Origin: a virus
Lineage: Duplodnaviria > Caudoviricetes
IMG/VR virus record: IMGVR_UViG_3300037127_000036
Location: 1 to 25,748 of that record
DNA length: 25,748 bases
Strand: one strand, 5' to 3'
Shown here: positions 7,801-17,086 of the stretch, in pieces
Position numbering within the stretch: the stretch's first letter is position 1
Layout of the letters: each line of letters begins with the position of its first letter
Notes under the pieces: generated by a model
Told to the model about the DNA's origin: nothing
The model's database searches: none
What the model saw: the letters and a program-made list of their open reading frames with translations, nothing else
Position numbers and translations under genes: made by a program

Positions 7801-9303
7801 TTAGTAATCCAAATAACGATTCAAAAATTCAAGGCCACCTGCCCCTACAGATGCTCCGCCCAAATATTTAGCAATAGATTTAGCTCTTTTCGATCGTGTT
7901 AAGGATTTCTCAATAGAACTAATTGCTCTCTTATGAGAAGGGGTAATAAACTCATTAAAACCTTTCTTGTTGACATTATTAAGCGTCTCTAATAACTTTT
8001 TAGCATCAACACTTAAGCCACTTGTTGGCGAATAGTTATAACCCGGCTTTAAAGCATTAGCCAAAATAGATTCCGAGCCACGCTCTGATAAAAATGGCTT
8101 TATAGCATTTAAAGCCTCATCTTCGTTCTTCATAATATTATGAATATTTTCAGGATTAACTTCAGAAAGACCACGCTTATTAACGATATCTCTTACAGGT
8201 TTTCTAGCCTCTCTAAAGGGGGCAACCGTATCTTTGAATAAATTAGTAGCATTGCGATAAGCTGTAGCCGCCTCTTCAGCACCACCAGCATTTAGAGAAT
8301 TAACAATATCCTTTCTTAGCGCTCGTCTAGCACTCGCATAGCCTCCAGCCATTTGCTTATCTAGCCTATCGGTTGAATGCTTTAATTTCCCATAAGCACT
8401 ACCAAGGTCAGACTGAAGAGTATGAGCGTTGCTATAGGAAGGAGAACGCATAAAATCTTCGAAAGATTGGAGTACCGCTTCATCATTTGCACCCAATTTA
8501 CGTAATTTTTCAAACTCAGAATTAGCAAGGCGTGTATTAATAATCTTTCCTGCTCTCTCTTGAGAGCCAAGCCCAGGAGTTACGCGAGACACATTATCTT
8601 TAAATCCAGATTGACGCGCCAAATCATGAGCGATACCATAAGCATCGGATACCCCTTCAGAATTTACACGTTCAGCACGTCTTATCTCATCTGCTATTTG
8701 AACAGGAAGCGTTGATGGGTGCGCACCATTTAATAAATCATTAACAAAACTCTTAGCTTTTGTATTAGAGCGCCTATCAAATAAATTAGAAAGACCTTTA
8801 ACACCTGCTTTACCTGTTAAATATAACTCTCGCAAAGTTTTTGCACCTGAGGCTCCTTGTGCTGCCTCTTCGGCAAATTGAGATAAGTTAGGCGTCAACT
8901 CTGGCCGTTCACCAGGAGCAAATACCAATGGTTGAACCCCTTGAAGAACTTTAGACGCTTGAGGCAAGCCAAAACCTGGAAGCCCTAATGCTTGCAACCC
9001 TCTGCCCGCTAATCCTGCGGCGCCACCTAATAAATGATAGCCCGTAGTAAGGGGGGCTTGAACACCTCTTTCAACACCCCCTAAAATATTGGCTGCTCCT
9101 TGAACTGGATGTTGCAAAAATTCTTGTCCAGCACGAATAGGCATCATGGCGGCTTGACCAATTTGCTGCATGGTACTTGGTCGTGGCCTTTGCATAGCCG
9201 CTTGTATGTCCTCAGGCGTTACCTGGTAACCACCAGCACCTTGAGGGGGAGCGCTTGCTTGTAATGCCGCTTGAATATCTTCTGGCGTTACCTGATAGGC
9301 CAT
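7801..9303 (-). CDS. DNA ejection protein (P22 gp16 position)
   Basis: A/G/Q-rich helical protein, third of three such genes before the tail fibre. Confidence 0.65.
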   Translation of the reverse strand: MAYQVTPEDIQAALQASAPPQGAGGYQVTPEDIQAAMQRPRPSTMQQIGQAAMMPIRAGQEFLQHPVQGAANILGGVERGVQAPLTTGYHLLGGAAGLAGRGLQALGLPGFGLPQASKVLQGVQPLVFAPGERPELTPNLSQFAEEAAQGASGAKTLRELYLTGKAGVKGLSNLFDRRSNTKAKSFVNDLLNGAHPSTLPVQIADEIRRAERVNSEGVSDAYGIAHDLARQSGFKDNVSRVTPGLGSQERAGKIINTRLANSEFEKLRKLGANDEAVLQSFEDFMRSPSYSNAHTLQSDLGSAYGKLKHSTDRLDKQMAGGYASARRALRKDIVNSLNAGGAEEAATAYRNATNLFKDTVAPFREARKPVRDIVNKRGLSEVNPENIHNIMKNEDEALNAIKPFLSERGSESILANALKPGYNYSPTSGLSVDAKKLLETLNNVNKKGFNEFITPSHKRAISSIEKSLTRSKRAKSIAKYLGGASVGAGGLEFLNRYLDY

Positions 9304-9307
9304 TCTC

Positions 9308-10477
9308 TTATCCTCCCATCCCTTGATTTAACCGCTGTAAAACATCGGGTGATTGTTGAGAGAGCCAAGTCATAGCTTCTTGTTTGTTGCCAAAAGAGGG
9401 CATCTTAATGGGCTGTTCAGGGCTTCCTGAGGGTTGCTCAAGGCTTCCTAAAAGTTGTTTATAATACTGTTCTTCCAAAAACTTTCGCTCATCTTTTGGA
9501 TACTTTTCCCCAGATAACGACAACGCCCCTTTCAACTTATTCATATAATTTTTATCGGTAAGCGCAATCATCGATATTACACTAGCGAATCTTCTAGCAT
9601 AAGAATATTTGGTATCGTCCTTACGAGGTCTAATGGCGTCATTGACAGTTTTAACTTGCTCATTAGTAGGCCTTAATCCCATTGCTCCTAACATTTTATC
9701 TGAAACTAAAGGAATATCCCCACGCACAGCCGACAAATATTTGTCATAAGTCGGTGTTTCTTTACCCTTAAAATGACTCAATCCCGCTTTTGAGCGGTTT
9801 ACAAAATTAGAATAACCCACGAGAGGCGCCACCTTACTATAAATATCTGTTAAGTTAGGCTCTAAACTTGTACTAGCGATAAGTGCCTTTTGCAGTGTAT
9901 TAACCGCCGGTTGCCCCAAAACAGAAGCAGCTTCGCCTGTTCTTGTATCGACTAAGGTTGCGCCCTGTCCTGTACGCCCACCCGGTGCCGCTGGCGATCG
10001 AACCAGACCTCCTTCAGCGCCAGCGGCACTAGGAGCCGCAGCAGTTCCAGGAAAAGGTCCACCGGGTTGTTGGGCTTGAGGCATTCCACCAGGCGCCATT
10101 TGAATTCCGCCTTGTGTTATCTGAAAGCCACCACCTGGCTGAGATGAAATGGATAATCCCTGATGAATAGTTCTTAGCTTATTAAGATAATCACCCATAC
10201 CTTTTGCTTCTGGACTATCTTGCCCATAGGTTTGAACAACATTTTGATAATCAATAAGTGCTTTTCCCATAGGGGACTGAGCGCTTGGTGCTTGCATCTG
10301 AGCCTGCATTTGCTGCTCTTTTAACGCTTGCATTCTTTCAGCCAATTCTTGCTGGCGACGTTGTTGAGCCATTTGTTGAAGCGAATTAGCTAAGCCAAGA
10401 CCTTGAGCAAAACCAGATGATAACCTAGATAATGGACTAGGTCGTGGTGGAACTATTGGAACTCTATATTGACCCAT
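9308..10477 (-). CDS. DNA ejection protein (P22 gp20 position)
   Basis: GFAQGLGLANSLQQMAQQ N-terminus, Q/G-rich; gene order. Confidence 0.65.
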   Translation of the reverse strand: MGQYRVPIVPPRPSPLSRLSSGFAQGLGLANSLQQMAQQRRQQELAERMQALKEQQMQAQMQAPSAQSPMGKALIDYQNVVQTYGQDSPEAKGMGDYLNKLRTIHQGLSISSQPGGGFQITQGGIQMAPGGMPQAQQPGGPFPGTAAAPSAAGAEGGLVRSPAAPGGRTGQGATLVDTRTGEAASVLGQPAVNTLQKALIASTSLEPNLTDIYSKVAPLVGYSNFVNRSKAGLSHFKGKETPTYDKYLSAVRGDIPLVSDKMLGAMGLRPTNEQVKTVNDAIRPRKDDTKYSYARRFASVISMIALTDKNYMNKLKGALSLSGEKYPKDERKFLEEQYYKQLLGSLEQPSGSPEQPIKMPSFGNKQEAMTWLSQQSPDVLQRLNQGMGG

Positions 10478-10488
10478 AACTATTCTCC

Positions 10489-11271
10489 TTAGAGTCCATA
10501 CCCTATTTGAGAAGAAAATAAATTGCCTGCTCCGCTATAACCAGGAACTGAAGTTCCTATAGCGCCTGCACCTGCTCCCATAGATGTACCAGCAAGACCT
10601 GCTGGACCAAGGAAAAATGGTAATGCGGCGCCAGCTATTTGACCACCAATACCTAAAGCCTCTTCCAACCAGCTAGGCTGTTGAGCCTCACCTATATAAC
10701 TTTGACCTATTCCGCCATAAGCTTGACCCATTTGTTCGCCCAGCTGCATTCTTTGATTGGCTATATCACGAGCAGAAGCCAAACGACCTTGAAGACCGCC
10801 TTGAAAGCCTCTTCCAGTAAGCCCCATACCTAGACCGCCTTGGCCTTGAAGATATTGTTGACGTAAACCTAAAACTCGGTTCAGATAATTTTGGACATCT
10901 TGCCCACGAAGCGCTTGCGCCCTTTCGGCTGCATGCTGCATTTCAGCACCAGAACCTAACATCCCTGATGCGGCCGCTGCTCGATTAGCAGCTTCTTGAC
11001 CTGCTTCTAACTGAGCTTTGTATTCAGGAGATTCTCTATAACCACCTATCATACGGTTATATAAATCCTGGGGATCAGCGCCTTGAGCTAATGCTTGACG
11101 ATAAGCATCCAAGTCTTGTTGGCCCATCTGAGAATATTCGGTCTCATATTGGCCACCTGGCTGAAATGGCTGATAAGGCTCTTCCGCACGTTGCTGTTGT
11201 TTTTTTTGCTCTCGCAAACCTGTGTATATGGCTTGTCGAGCTTCATCATAACCGCCTGTTGATCCGCCCAT
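10489..11271 (-). CDS. DNA transfer/ejection protein (P22 gp7-like)
   Basis: SPEYKAQLEAGQEAANRAAAASGMLGSG matches the gp7-like motif SPxY......G....AAA.G.L.SG. Confidence 0.8.
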   Translation of the reverse strand: MGGSTGGYDEARQAIYTGLREQKKQQQRAEEPYQPFQPGGQYETEYSQMGQQDLDAYRQALAQGADPQDLYNRMIGGYRESPEYKAQLEAGQEAANRAAAASGMLGSGAEMQHAAERAQALRGQDVQNYLNRVLGLRQQYLQGQGGLGMGLTGRGFQGGLQGRLASARDIANQRMQLGEQMGQAYGGIGQSYIGEAQQPSWLEEALGIGGQIAGAALPFFLGPAGLAGTSMGAGAGAIGTSVPGYSGAGNLFSSQIGYGL

Positions 11272-11734
11272 CTTTCTTATACCTCAAATAATATTTATAT
11301 TTACCTAGTGAAGAAATCTCAAACCCAAGCCATTTAGCATTTAATAATGCTGCTTTATTATTCTTATTAATCACAGCCATTAACTGCTTGCATTGGTTTT
11401 CTTTGAAAAATTTCTCTAGTGCTAAGCGGGCTAATGCAATGGCTACAGAACCTCTAAAACGCTTATAAAATCCTATATCGGCGATAGATACATTTCCTTC
11501 GATTATATCATCTGGAACAGATAAAATAACAGCTATTCCGCAAATATCTTCTTTACATTTTAAAAGATAACATATATGCTCCTCCCCAAGGGATTCTACA
11601 TACCTATCAATTGACTCTTCAGAGCAAAAACCATCCATTATCTCTTTATTAGTAATAATACTACGGACTAAATCCTTATCTTTCGTGACTTCAATACTCA
11701 AATTTAAGCCGGTATGGCTGTGTATGTCACCCAT
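11246..11734 (-). CDS. GNAT-like protein (P22 gp14 / T7 gp13 position)
   Basis: FYKRFRGS..A and NKAALLNAKWLGFE GNAT-like motifs; gene order. Confidence 0.7.
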   Translation of the reverse strand: MGDIHSHTGLNLSIEVTKDKDLVRSIITNKEIMDGFCSEESIDRYVESLGEEHICYLLKCKEDICGIAVILSVPDDIIEGNVSIADIGFYKRFRGSVAIALARLALEKFFKENQCKQLMAVINKNNKAALLNAKWLGFEISSLGKYKYYLRYKKDGRINRRL

Positions 11735-12036
11735 GATCCGCCCTCCCTGAAATTCATACGACCAGTCGTTGAATTATAAATAGCAGTTCCATCTCTCGCA
11801 TTTTCTAGACTATTTCTTTGAGGAGTGGTCAGTGATGTTACTTGTAATAAGTTAATATCATCACGCTCGCCGCTAGCATTAATTGCGTAATCATGCACAA
11901 TGTTATAACCCGTAACGCGGGTGATTGAATTTAACCAATTAACCCAAGCGTAAGTTATATTACCTTCCTCATCTAAAAAATCATCATAAATTGGTGGCTC
12001 AGATAAAAAAGGAGGCGGTAAAATTCTATTGCTCAT
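11704..12036 (-). CDS. tail needle-position protein (gp26 analogue)
   Basis: Lies between the gp10-like and GNAT genes; C-terminal fibre motif LTTPQRNSL..DGTAIYNSTT...GGSW. Confidence 0.55.
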   Translation of the reverse strand: MSNRILPPPFLSEPPIYDDFLDEEGNITYAWVNWLNSITRVTGYNIVHDYAINASGERDDINLLQVTSLTTPQRNSLENARDGTAIYNSTTGRMNFREGGSWVTYTAIPA

Positions 12037-13541
12037 TCTGGCAGAACCTCTACATCAATAGCGGCCCCAAAAATATAATAAGGAACCCGATTAAACATTT
12101 CTAATTTAATAATAGCATCACGACGCGCCCCTAATTTACGCCATATCGTACGCGTTAATCTTTTTCCAGATTTTCCAATTTCTTTGCGCTCAAAAGCTAC
12201 ATATGTACTACCGCCATCCTCAGAAATACTAAGGAAGACCACAGGATCATAAGCGGGATCAGAACTCGGTATATTCTGTAGCCCCACACCTTGAAGCATA
12301 TCAACCTGAAACCTATCAATTCGAATTTTATTATAGGTGGGGACACTCATCACACGAGAAATACGTGTGCGTTTAATTTTCTCAATTGGAAGAGAGGCAA
12401 TATCACGATTAATATCAAAGAAGTTATCGCTAAACTCATATACTAAATCTTCTTCATGACCTGCAATATAATGTTTGCCTAAATAAAATGCATGGACATT
12501 GGCTATATGCCTATTTCCTCTAATATCCTCTAAAGAATGCCACCTATTGTTTGTAGCATTAAAAACAAAGGTTCGATTGCCACCCGTAAAATTTATCTGA
12601 TAAAAAACCTGGCCATTAATTTTAAATGCAAATCCAGTGGCGTCCTCAGGCGTTGGCATCACCTGAATAGCTTCATCAATTTCTCGAGTACTTATTTTCT
12701 TTGGCATCGTTCCCACGACCATCATTACACTTCCCACACCATTTAAGCTGTTAGAAAGATAAAATAATCCACTAAATTCCTCACCATCATATGAGGCAAG
12801 AGAAGATTTAGCTTTGATACCATGACCTAATAAAAGATTGTTATCACGCCTAAAAGGAAAATCTGCTTGGCCCGCATCTAACCAAATTTCTGAATGATTT
12901 TCACCAAATAGAAAAATTCGACGCTTCAATACAGATACAACACTCAATGTAGTCGGTCTTGAATTAACACGAGCAAAGGCATTTATATTCCAGTTAGTTG
13001 TACCATCCCAAGATAAGTCGCTAACATAAAAAGCATTATCATTATTTGGATCACCACTCACAAGTATGAAATAACCATCCATATAAGTGATATCTAAAGG
13101 TGGAATTCCAACCAACCTAAATGTTAGGTCAGTCATAACCTCAGTAACAGTATCCCAGAACAACAGTCTTTGGCCATCAACAAAAGCAACATAGCGTTCA
13201 TTAGAAGCAATCCCAACATGCCCCTCCGTCGTCGCAAATAAATTGGCGTTATCAGTAATGCGTGTAAATGTTAAGGTCGGGTCAAGTCTATAAATATCTG
13301 AGCGTATAGCAAAGTAAGCAAAACCCTGAATCGTTGCTGCTGCCCGCCCATTAGCACCTTCAGATGCAGTATATAAAGCCTTTAACCCAGGCCAAGGCGC
13401 TAAATACTTTGGCTTCTTTCCTTCATAATCGAAAACTTCATAAAAGTTTATTGTTCGCTGATCATTAACCTTACCGACAGGGTCTTCATTGAAGCTCCCA
13501 ACAATAGGAAAATCTACTCGCTTACTATTATTCACACTCAT
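12033..13541 (-). CDS. packaged-DNA stabilisation protein / tail hub (P22 gp10-like)
   Basis: 502 aa beta-propeller-like; QRTINFY, YMDGYF, LFGENHSEIW, KISTREID, SEDGG..., IWRKLG motifs. Confidence 0.88.
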   Translation of the reverse strand: MSVNNSKRVDFPIVGSFNEDPVGKVNDQRTINFYEVFDYEGKKPKYLAPWPGLKALYTASEGANGRAAATIQGFAYFAIRSDIYRLDPTLTFTRITDNANLFATTEGHVGIASNERYVAFVDGQRLLFWDTVTEVMTDLTFRLVGIPPLDITYMDGYFILVSGDPNNDNAFYVSDLSWDGTTNWNINAFARVNSRPTTLSVVSVLKRRIFLFGENHSEIWLDAGQADFPFRRDNNLLLGHGIKAKSSLASYDGEEFSGLFYLSNSLNGVGSVMMVVGTMPKKISTREIDEAIQVMPTPEDATGFAFKINGQVFYQINFTGGNRTFVFNATNNRWHSLEDIRGNRHIANVHAFYLGKHYIAGHEEDLVYEFSDNFFDINRDIASLPIEKIKRTRISRVMSVPTYNKIRIDRFQVDMLQGVGLQNIPSSDPAYDPVVFLSISEDGGSTYVAFERKEIGKSGKRLTRTIWRKLGARRDAIIKLEMFNRVPYYIFGAAIDVEVLPE

Positions 13542-14272
13542 GTACTGGTACCAAAGTTATCGTAAACTATATCACCATATCTCTTTTGAAGTATTTGTCC
13601 TGGAACTATAGTCATATCGACATCATTGCTGGCTTTAGCATCATTCATCATTCGCTGATAAGTCATCTCAGCTCTCTGCGACCAATTGCCAGAAGGATAA
13701 TACTCTAGCAACTCTCGAGCCAGACAATAACGTAAAAACCTAAAATAATTACGTGGGATTCCCTCTAAATTACTATAAAGATCAACGCGATCGAATACAA
13801 ATTTACCACGAACCTCACACTCATAAGCAAAGTCAGGCAATGGGTAAAATTGCAAACCACTAAATTCATTCGAACGCTCTAAAATAACATAAGATGGCCT
13901 GCTCTTAAGATTTTGTTGAAATGATGAATCATACAACTGAGAGCGAGAAATAATTCGTAGCGGATAAGACGTATTATTTCTTATAACATTTACAAAATTT
14001 AAACCAACGATATTATCGCTAATAACATCCGCTTGAACGTTAGGAGAAGTCGAAAAAATATAAAAACCTTCTCCAGGCGTCATTGTAAATGTTACCCGTT
14101 GAATAAAGGGGATATATACACCAAGAGATGAAAAAGAATCTAAAATCTCATTCAACAACTCTAATCCCTTTGTTATTTCTGACGCACTAGGTATTTCATC
14201 CGGAGAAAATTCACCGATCATATGAAACGCATTAACGATGATATCGTTAGCTGTCTTAGGTTTTTGAGGCAT
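13538..14272 (-). CDS. head-to-tail adaptor (P22 gp4-like)
   Basis: TANDIIVNAFHMIG...GLELLNEILDSF and PRNYFRFLRYCLARELLEYY motifs. Confidence 0.82.
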   Translation of the reverse strand: MPQKPKTANDIIVNAFHMIGEFSPDEIPSASEITKGLELLNEILDSFSSLGVYIPFIQRVTFTMTPGEGFYIFSTSPNVQADVISDNIVGLNFVNVIRNNTSYPLRIISRSQLYDSSFQQNLKSRPSYVILERSNEFSGLQFYPLPDFAYECEVRGKFVFDRVDLYSNLEGIPRNYFRFLRYCLARELLEYYPSGNWSQRAEMTYQRMMNDAKASNDVDMTIVPGQILQKRYGDIVYDNFGTST

Positions 14273-14627
14273 TATTCGTCCCCTTTATTTTGCGGGGTCG
14301 CCCCCGCTTTTTTACAACGGACACTGGTACATCAGGCTTTTTTACATCTTGCCTTTCTTGTATGACATTTTGCCCTTCGCTGACGATACGGTTCCCGTCG
14401 ACTTTGGGGTTGCTGGAATGTTGAACCCAGTCTCCGGACCGCTTATCATGCTGTTGTCTGGGTTCTTCTCTTTTGTGTTCTTCATGTAAGAGTATGGGCT
14501 TGAGCTCATAATCTTTCTCCTTATATTTTGTAACATCTTGCCATTCACCTAAAGCGCACAAGCTCTTTGCTTCTTCATATCTACAGAACTTGTGCGCCCC
14601 TGCTTTATTAATTAAATGATAGAGCAT
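14256..14627 (-). CDS. small post-capsid protein with C-terminal AT-hook (KKRGRPRK)
   Basis: GEWQD and KRGRPRK motifs are typical of the small gene between coat and adaptor in such phages. Confidence 0.65.
   Translation of the reverse strand: MLYHLINKAGAHKFCRYEEAKSLCALGEWQDVTKYKEKDYELKPILLHEEHKREEPRQQHDKRSGDWVQHSSNPKVDGNRIVSEGQNVIQERQDVKKPDVPVSVVKKRGRPRKIKGTNNASKT
14342..14509 (-). CDS. overprinted 55-aa peptide MSSSPYSYMK... nested in 14256-14627
   Basis: AAGGAG RBS 7 nt before ATG; a paralogous copy starts at 14805. Confidence 0.5.
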   Translation of the reverse strand: MSSSPYSYMKNTKEKNPDNSMISGPETGFNIPATPKSTGTVSSAKGKMSYKKGKM

Positions 14628-14867
14628 ATTAACTAATAACTTTTACAGCGTATGCGCCATGCCATTTGCCCTTCGCATACGTTACAGTTACCGTCTGCTC
14701 TGGGGTTTCTGGAATGTTGAGCCCAGTCTCCGTACCACTTATCATGCGGTTGTCTGAGTCCTTCTCTTTTGAGCTTTTCATGTAAGAGTATGGGCTTGAG
14801 CTCATCATCTTTCTCCTTATATAGAGCATATTAACTAATAACTTTTACAGCGTATGCGCCGTGCCAT
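14369..14867. repeat. tandem duplication with internal deletion
   Basis: 14369-14526 vs 14665-14822: 158 bp, 19 mismatches by hand count. 14619-14665 vs 14821-14867: 47 bp, 1 mismatch. Confidence 0.95.
14629..14805 (-). CDS. chimeric peptide: MSSSPYSYMK paralogue fused to the last 11 residues of the coat protein
   Basis: AAGGAG RBS; ends WHGAYAVKVIS, identical to the coat C-terminus. Alternative starts at 14808 and 14829. Confidence 0.5.
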   Translation of the reverse strand: MSSSPYSYMKSSKEKDSDNRMISGTETGLNIPETPEQTVTVTYAKGKWHGAYAVKVIS

Positions 14868-16060
14868 AACGCACCCCACAATACGTCAAAACGCATCATG
14901 TTTTGGTCATTCCTGATATCACCATCGATACCAACACGTAGAGCAAGATTTTTCTCAGTATCTCGAGCTGTATATTGACGATTTATATCAATATGTGCCA
15001 GAGGAGGCACAACCAAATCCAATGCACGCTTAACATATGCCACATTAACATTATAAGTAACAGGAGTTCCTGGAGTGGTCACACCATAAATGCTAACCGC
15101 TGCATTATCAGGAATTGCATTTGTTACATTACGACGTACACTTGCAATGTCGCTGTCGATAGCTGGATTAACAGTGATAGTTACATTACCAGCACCATCT
15201 GAATCAGCATCTGCTAACACAACAAACTGTGCTAAATCACCAGTATCAGATTTATCAATCGGATTGACTGAGTTAACACCAGCAAAACTTACAGTATCAC
15301 CTTTGCGGAATATCCCTGTTTCGGAAGGAGTTGCACCGTCCATAACAATGGTGTTTCCGCTGCTTACAGCTCCATTCACTAAAATGGTGCCCGCTTGAGA
15401 ACCAGTCGTATGAGTAGTAATAGATTGGTTTTCAAAAAGTTCGAATCTAGCAAATCGACCTAAACGTGAGTAAAAAGAAATATCATTGTTTAAGGTATCG
15501 TTAAAGTTAACTTGCTGAGACGATTTTAATGCGGATGCATCTTCTAATGACAAAGCAAAATAACGATCACGGATATCTACAGCATGCTTACTTAACTTAA
15601 CATTAGCCGCATCGATTGCTGCAAATGAATTTAAAGGCGTGCCCGGTGTTCCAACTGTAAAATATAATTGATTTATAGCATCTTTAGATAATTGACTATC
15701 AATTCCTTTAGTAATTACTTCCACGTTTGGAACAATATAACGCTCTTTCCAATACTCATTATTGGTCTCAATATCTAAAGTTAAATCTTTAGCTGTAACT
15801 TCAAATGAAGCGTTATATTGATGATCAACAACCAAAGATACTGTTTTTTCAGAAGCGTCATATGGTGACGAAATACGTCCATCAACAAAAGATGCAAAGT
15901 TTCTTTCTCTAATGTTAATAACATCATGTTGTTTGTAATTTGCTAGCGGGAAATCAGTCTCATATCCGCGATTCGCTGTCATTACAAATGTGTTATTGTT
16001 CTGAAATTGCGCCAACGCCATGTTGGCGATAATATCACTCGTTACAAATTGATTAGCCAT
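14831..16060 (-). CDS. major capsid protein (P22 coat gp5 family)
   Basis: MANQFVTSDII start, GRFARFELFENQ, FRKGDTVSFAGVNSV I-domain, RFDVLWG; GAGG RBS. Confidence 0.93.
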   Translation of the reverse strand: MANQFVTSDIIANMALAQFQNNNTFVMTANRGYETDFPLANYKQHDVINIRERNFASFVDGRISSPYDASEKTVSLVVDHQYNASFEVTAKDLTLDIETNNEYWKERYIVPNVEVITKGIDSQLSKDAINQLYFTVGTPGTPLNSFAAIDAANVKLSKHAVDIRDRYFALSLEDASALKSSQQVNFNDTLNNDISFYSRLGRFARFELFENQSITTHTTGSQAGTILVNGAVSSGNTIVMDGATPSETGIFRKGDTVSFAGVNSVNPIDKSDTGDLAQFVVLADADSDGAGNVTITVNPAIDSDIASVRRNVTNAIPDNAAVSIYGVTTPGTPVTYNVNVAYVKRALDLVVPPLAHIDINRQYTARDTEKNLALRVGIDGDIRNDQNMMRFDVLWGALWHGAYAVKVIS

Positions 16061-16087
16061 CTTAAACCTCTACATAAAATATTGTCA

Positions 16088-17005
16088 TCAACCTCTCTGC
16101 TTGGCACGATAATATTCAGCCAACGCACGAGGGTCCTGTGCAATCTTCCTAAACGAGTTCGAAGATTGTCCTGCGGTATTCGACACTGGCTGTACAGGAG
16201 GAGGTGCTTTAGAAACTTTATTTCTTGTCGCAAAACTAATAGCATGCTTAGCCATTTCCTGCTGCTGAACCAATGGGTGAAGCTTAGATATGCGCTGAAC
16301 TTCTTTTGGATTTTTAGAAATGTAGTAAAGTAAATCCGCACCATTGGGCGTAATTCGAGCCACATCTAACATCGCTTGTGTTGGCTGTGCTTTCGTCACT
16401 ACGTCTTCATAGTCCTCATAACGATCAAGGGCATCTTCAATCGCTTCTGAAAAACTATTATCCAATTGCTGCTGGTAATATTGAGCCTCTTGCTGCTGTC
16501 GCTGCTGTGCCATTTGTTTTTCCAGCATTGCTTTCTGCTGATCAAACAAAACAGCATCATAACGACCAGTTCCAGGTGTCAAGTATTCTCCCGTAACGGG
16601 GTCAACTACACTTTCAGGTTGTTGGTAGGGCTGTTGTAACTGCTGAGCCTGCTGAGCCTGATTCTGCATCTGCGGGTATTGCTGCTGATGCATCTGACTT
16701 AACTGGGCATCATACTGAGCTTTAAAAGCACGAAGCTCTTCTAACTCACGTTCTCTGCGCCTATTCTTCCTTTCAATCCGTCTTTTTGCATTTTCAGCAT
16801 TAGAACTTGCGTCATTAGGCTCAATACCTTCCGGAATCTCTCCCTCTGATGCTTCATCACGAGTTTGCTCATCACTAACTTCACCAACCGAAGAATCTTC
16901 GGCTAAATCACTAGCTTCAGATTGAGCCTCAACCGGCGCGTCATAAGATGTTGCATTATCATTAGATGGTTCTATAGCATCCATCTGCATAGCTTGTTCA
17001 GACAT
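16088..17005 (-). CDS. scaffolding protein
   Basis: Acidic N-terminus, coiled coil, GADLLYYISKNPKEVQRI and VSKAPPPVQPV motifs; between portal and coat. Start reassigned to ATG 17005 (GGAG RBS). Confidence 0.88.
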   Translation of the reverse strand: MSEQAMQMDAIEPSNDNATSYDAPVEAQSEASDLAEDSSVGEVSDEQTRDEASEGEIPEGIEPNDASSNAENAKRRIERKNRRRERELEELRAFKAQYDAQLSQMHQQQYPQMQNQAQQAQQLQQPYQQPESVVDPVTGEYLTPGTGRYDAVLFDQQKAMLEKQMAQQRQQQEAQYYQQQLDNSFSEAIEDALDRYEDYEDVVTKAQPTQAMLDVARITPNGADLLYYISKNPKEVQRISKLHPLVQQQEMAKHAISFATRNKVSKAPPPVQPVSNTAGQSSNSFRKIAQDPRALAEYYRAKQRG

Positions 17006-17086
17006 AAATAACTCCATATGTATTTTTAAGGCATACAATGCCACTCGTTTTACGGAAAACGCTCAAAGGTGCGCCAAAACCTCTCG

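Noticed and set aside
11246-11734. GNAT toxin of a toxin-antitoxin pair
   Set aside because: Its position between the needle and gp7-like genes is the conserved morphogenesis slot of P22 gp14 / T7 gp13, and no antitoxin-like neighbour is present.
14369-14822. Diversity-generating retroelement TR/VR pair
   Set aside because: Mismatches are not adenine-specific (many C, T and G changes in either direction), and no reverse transcriptase is in the window.
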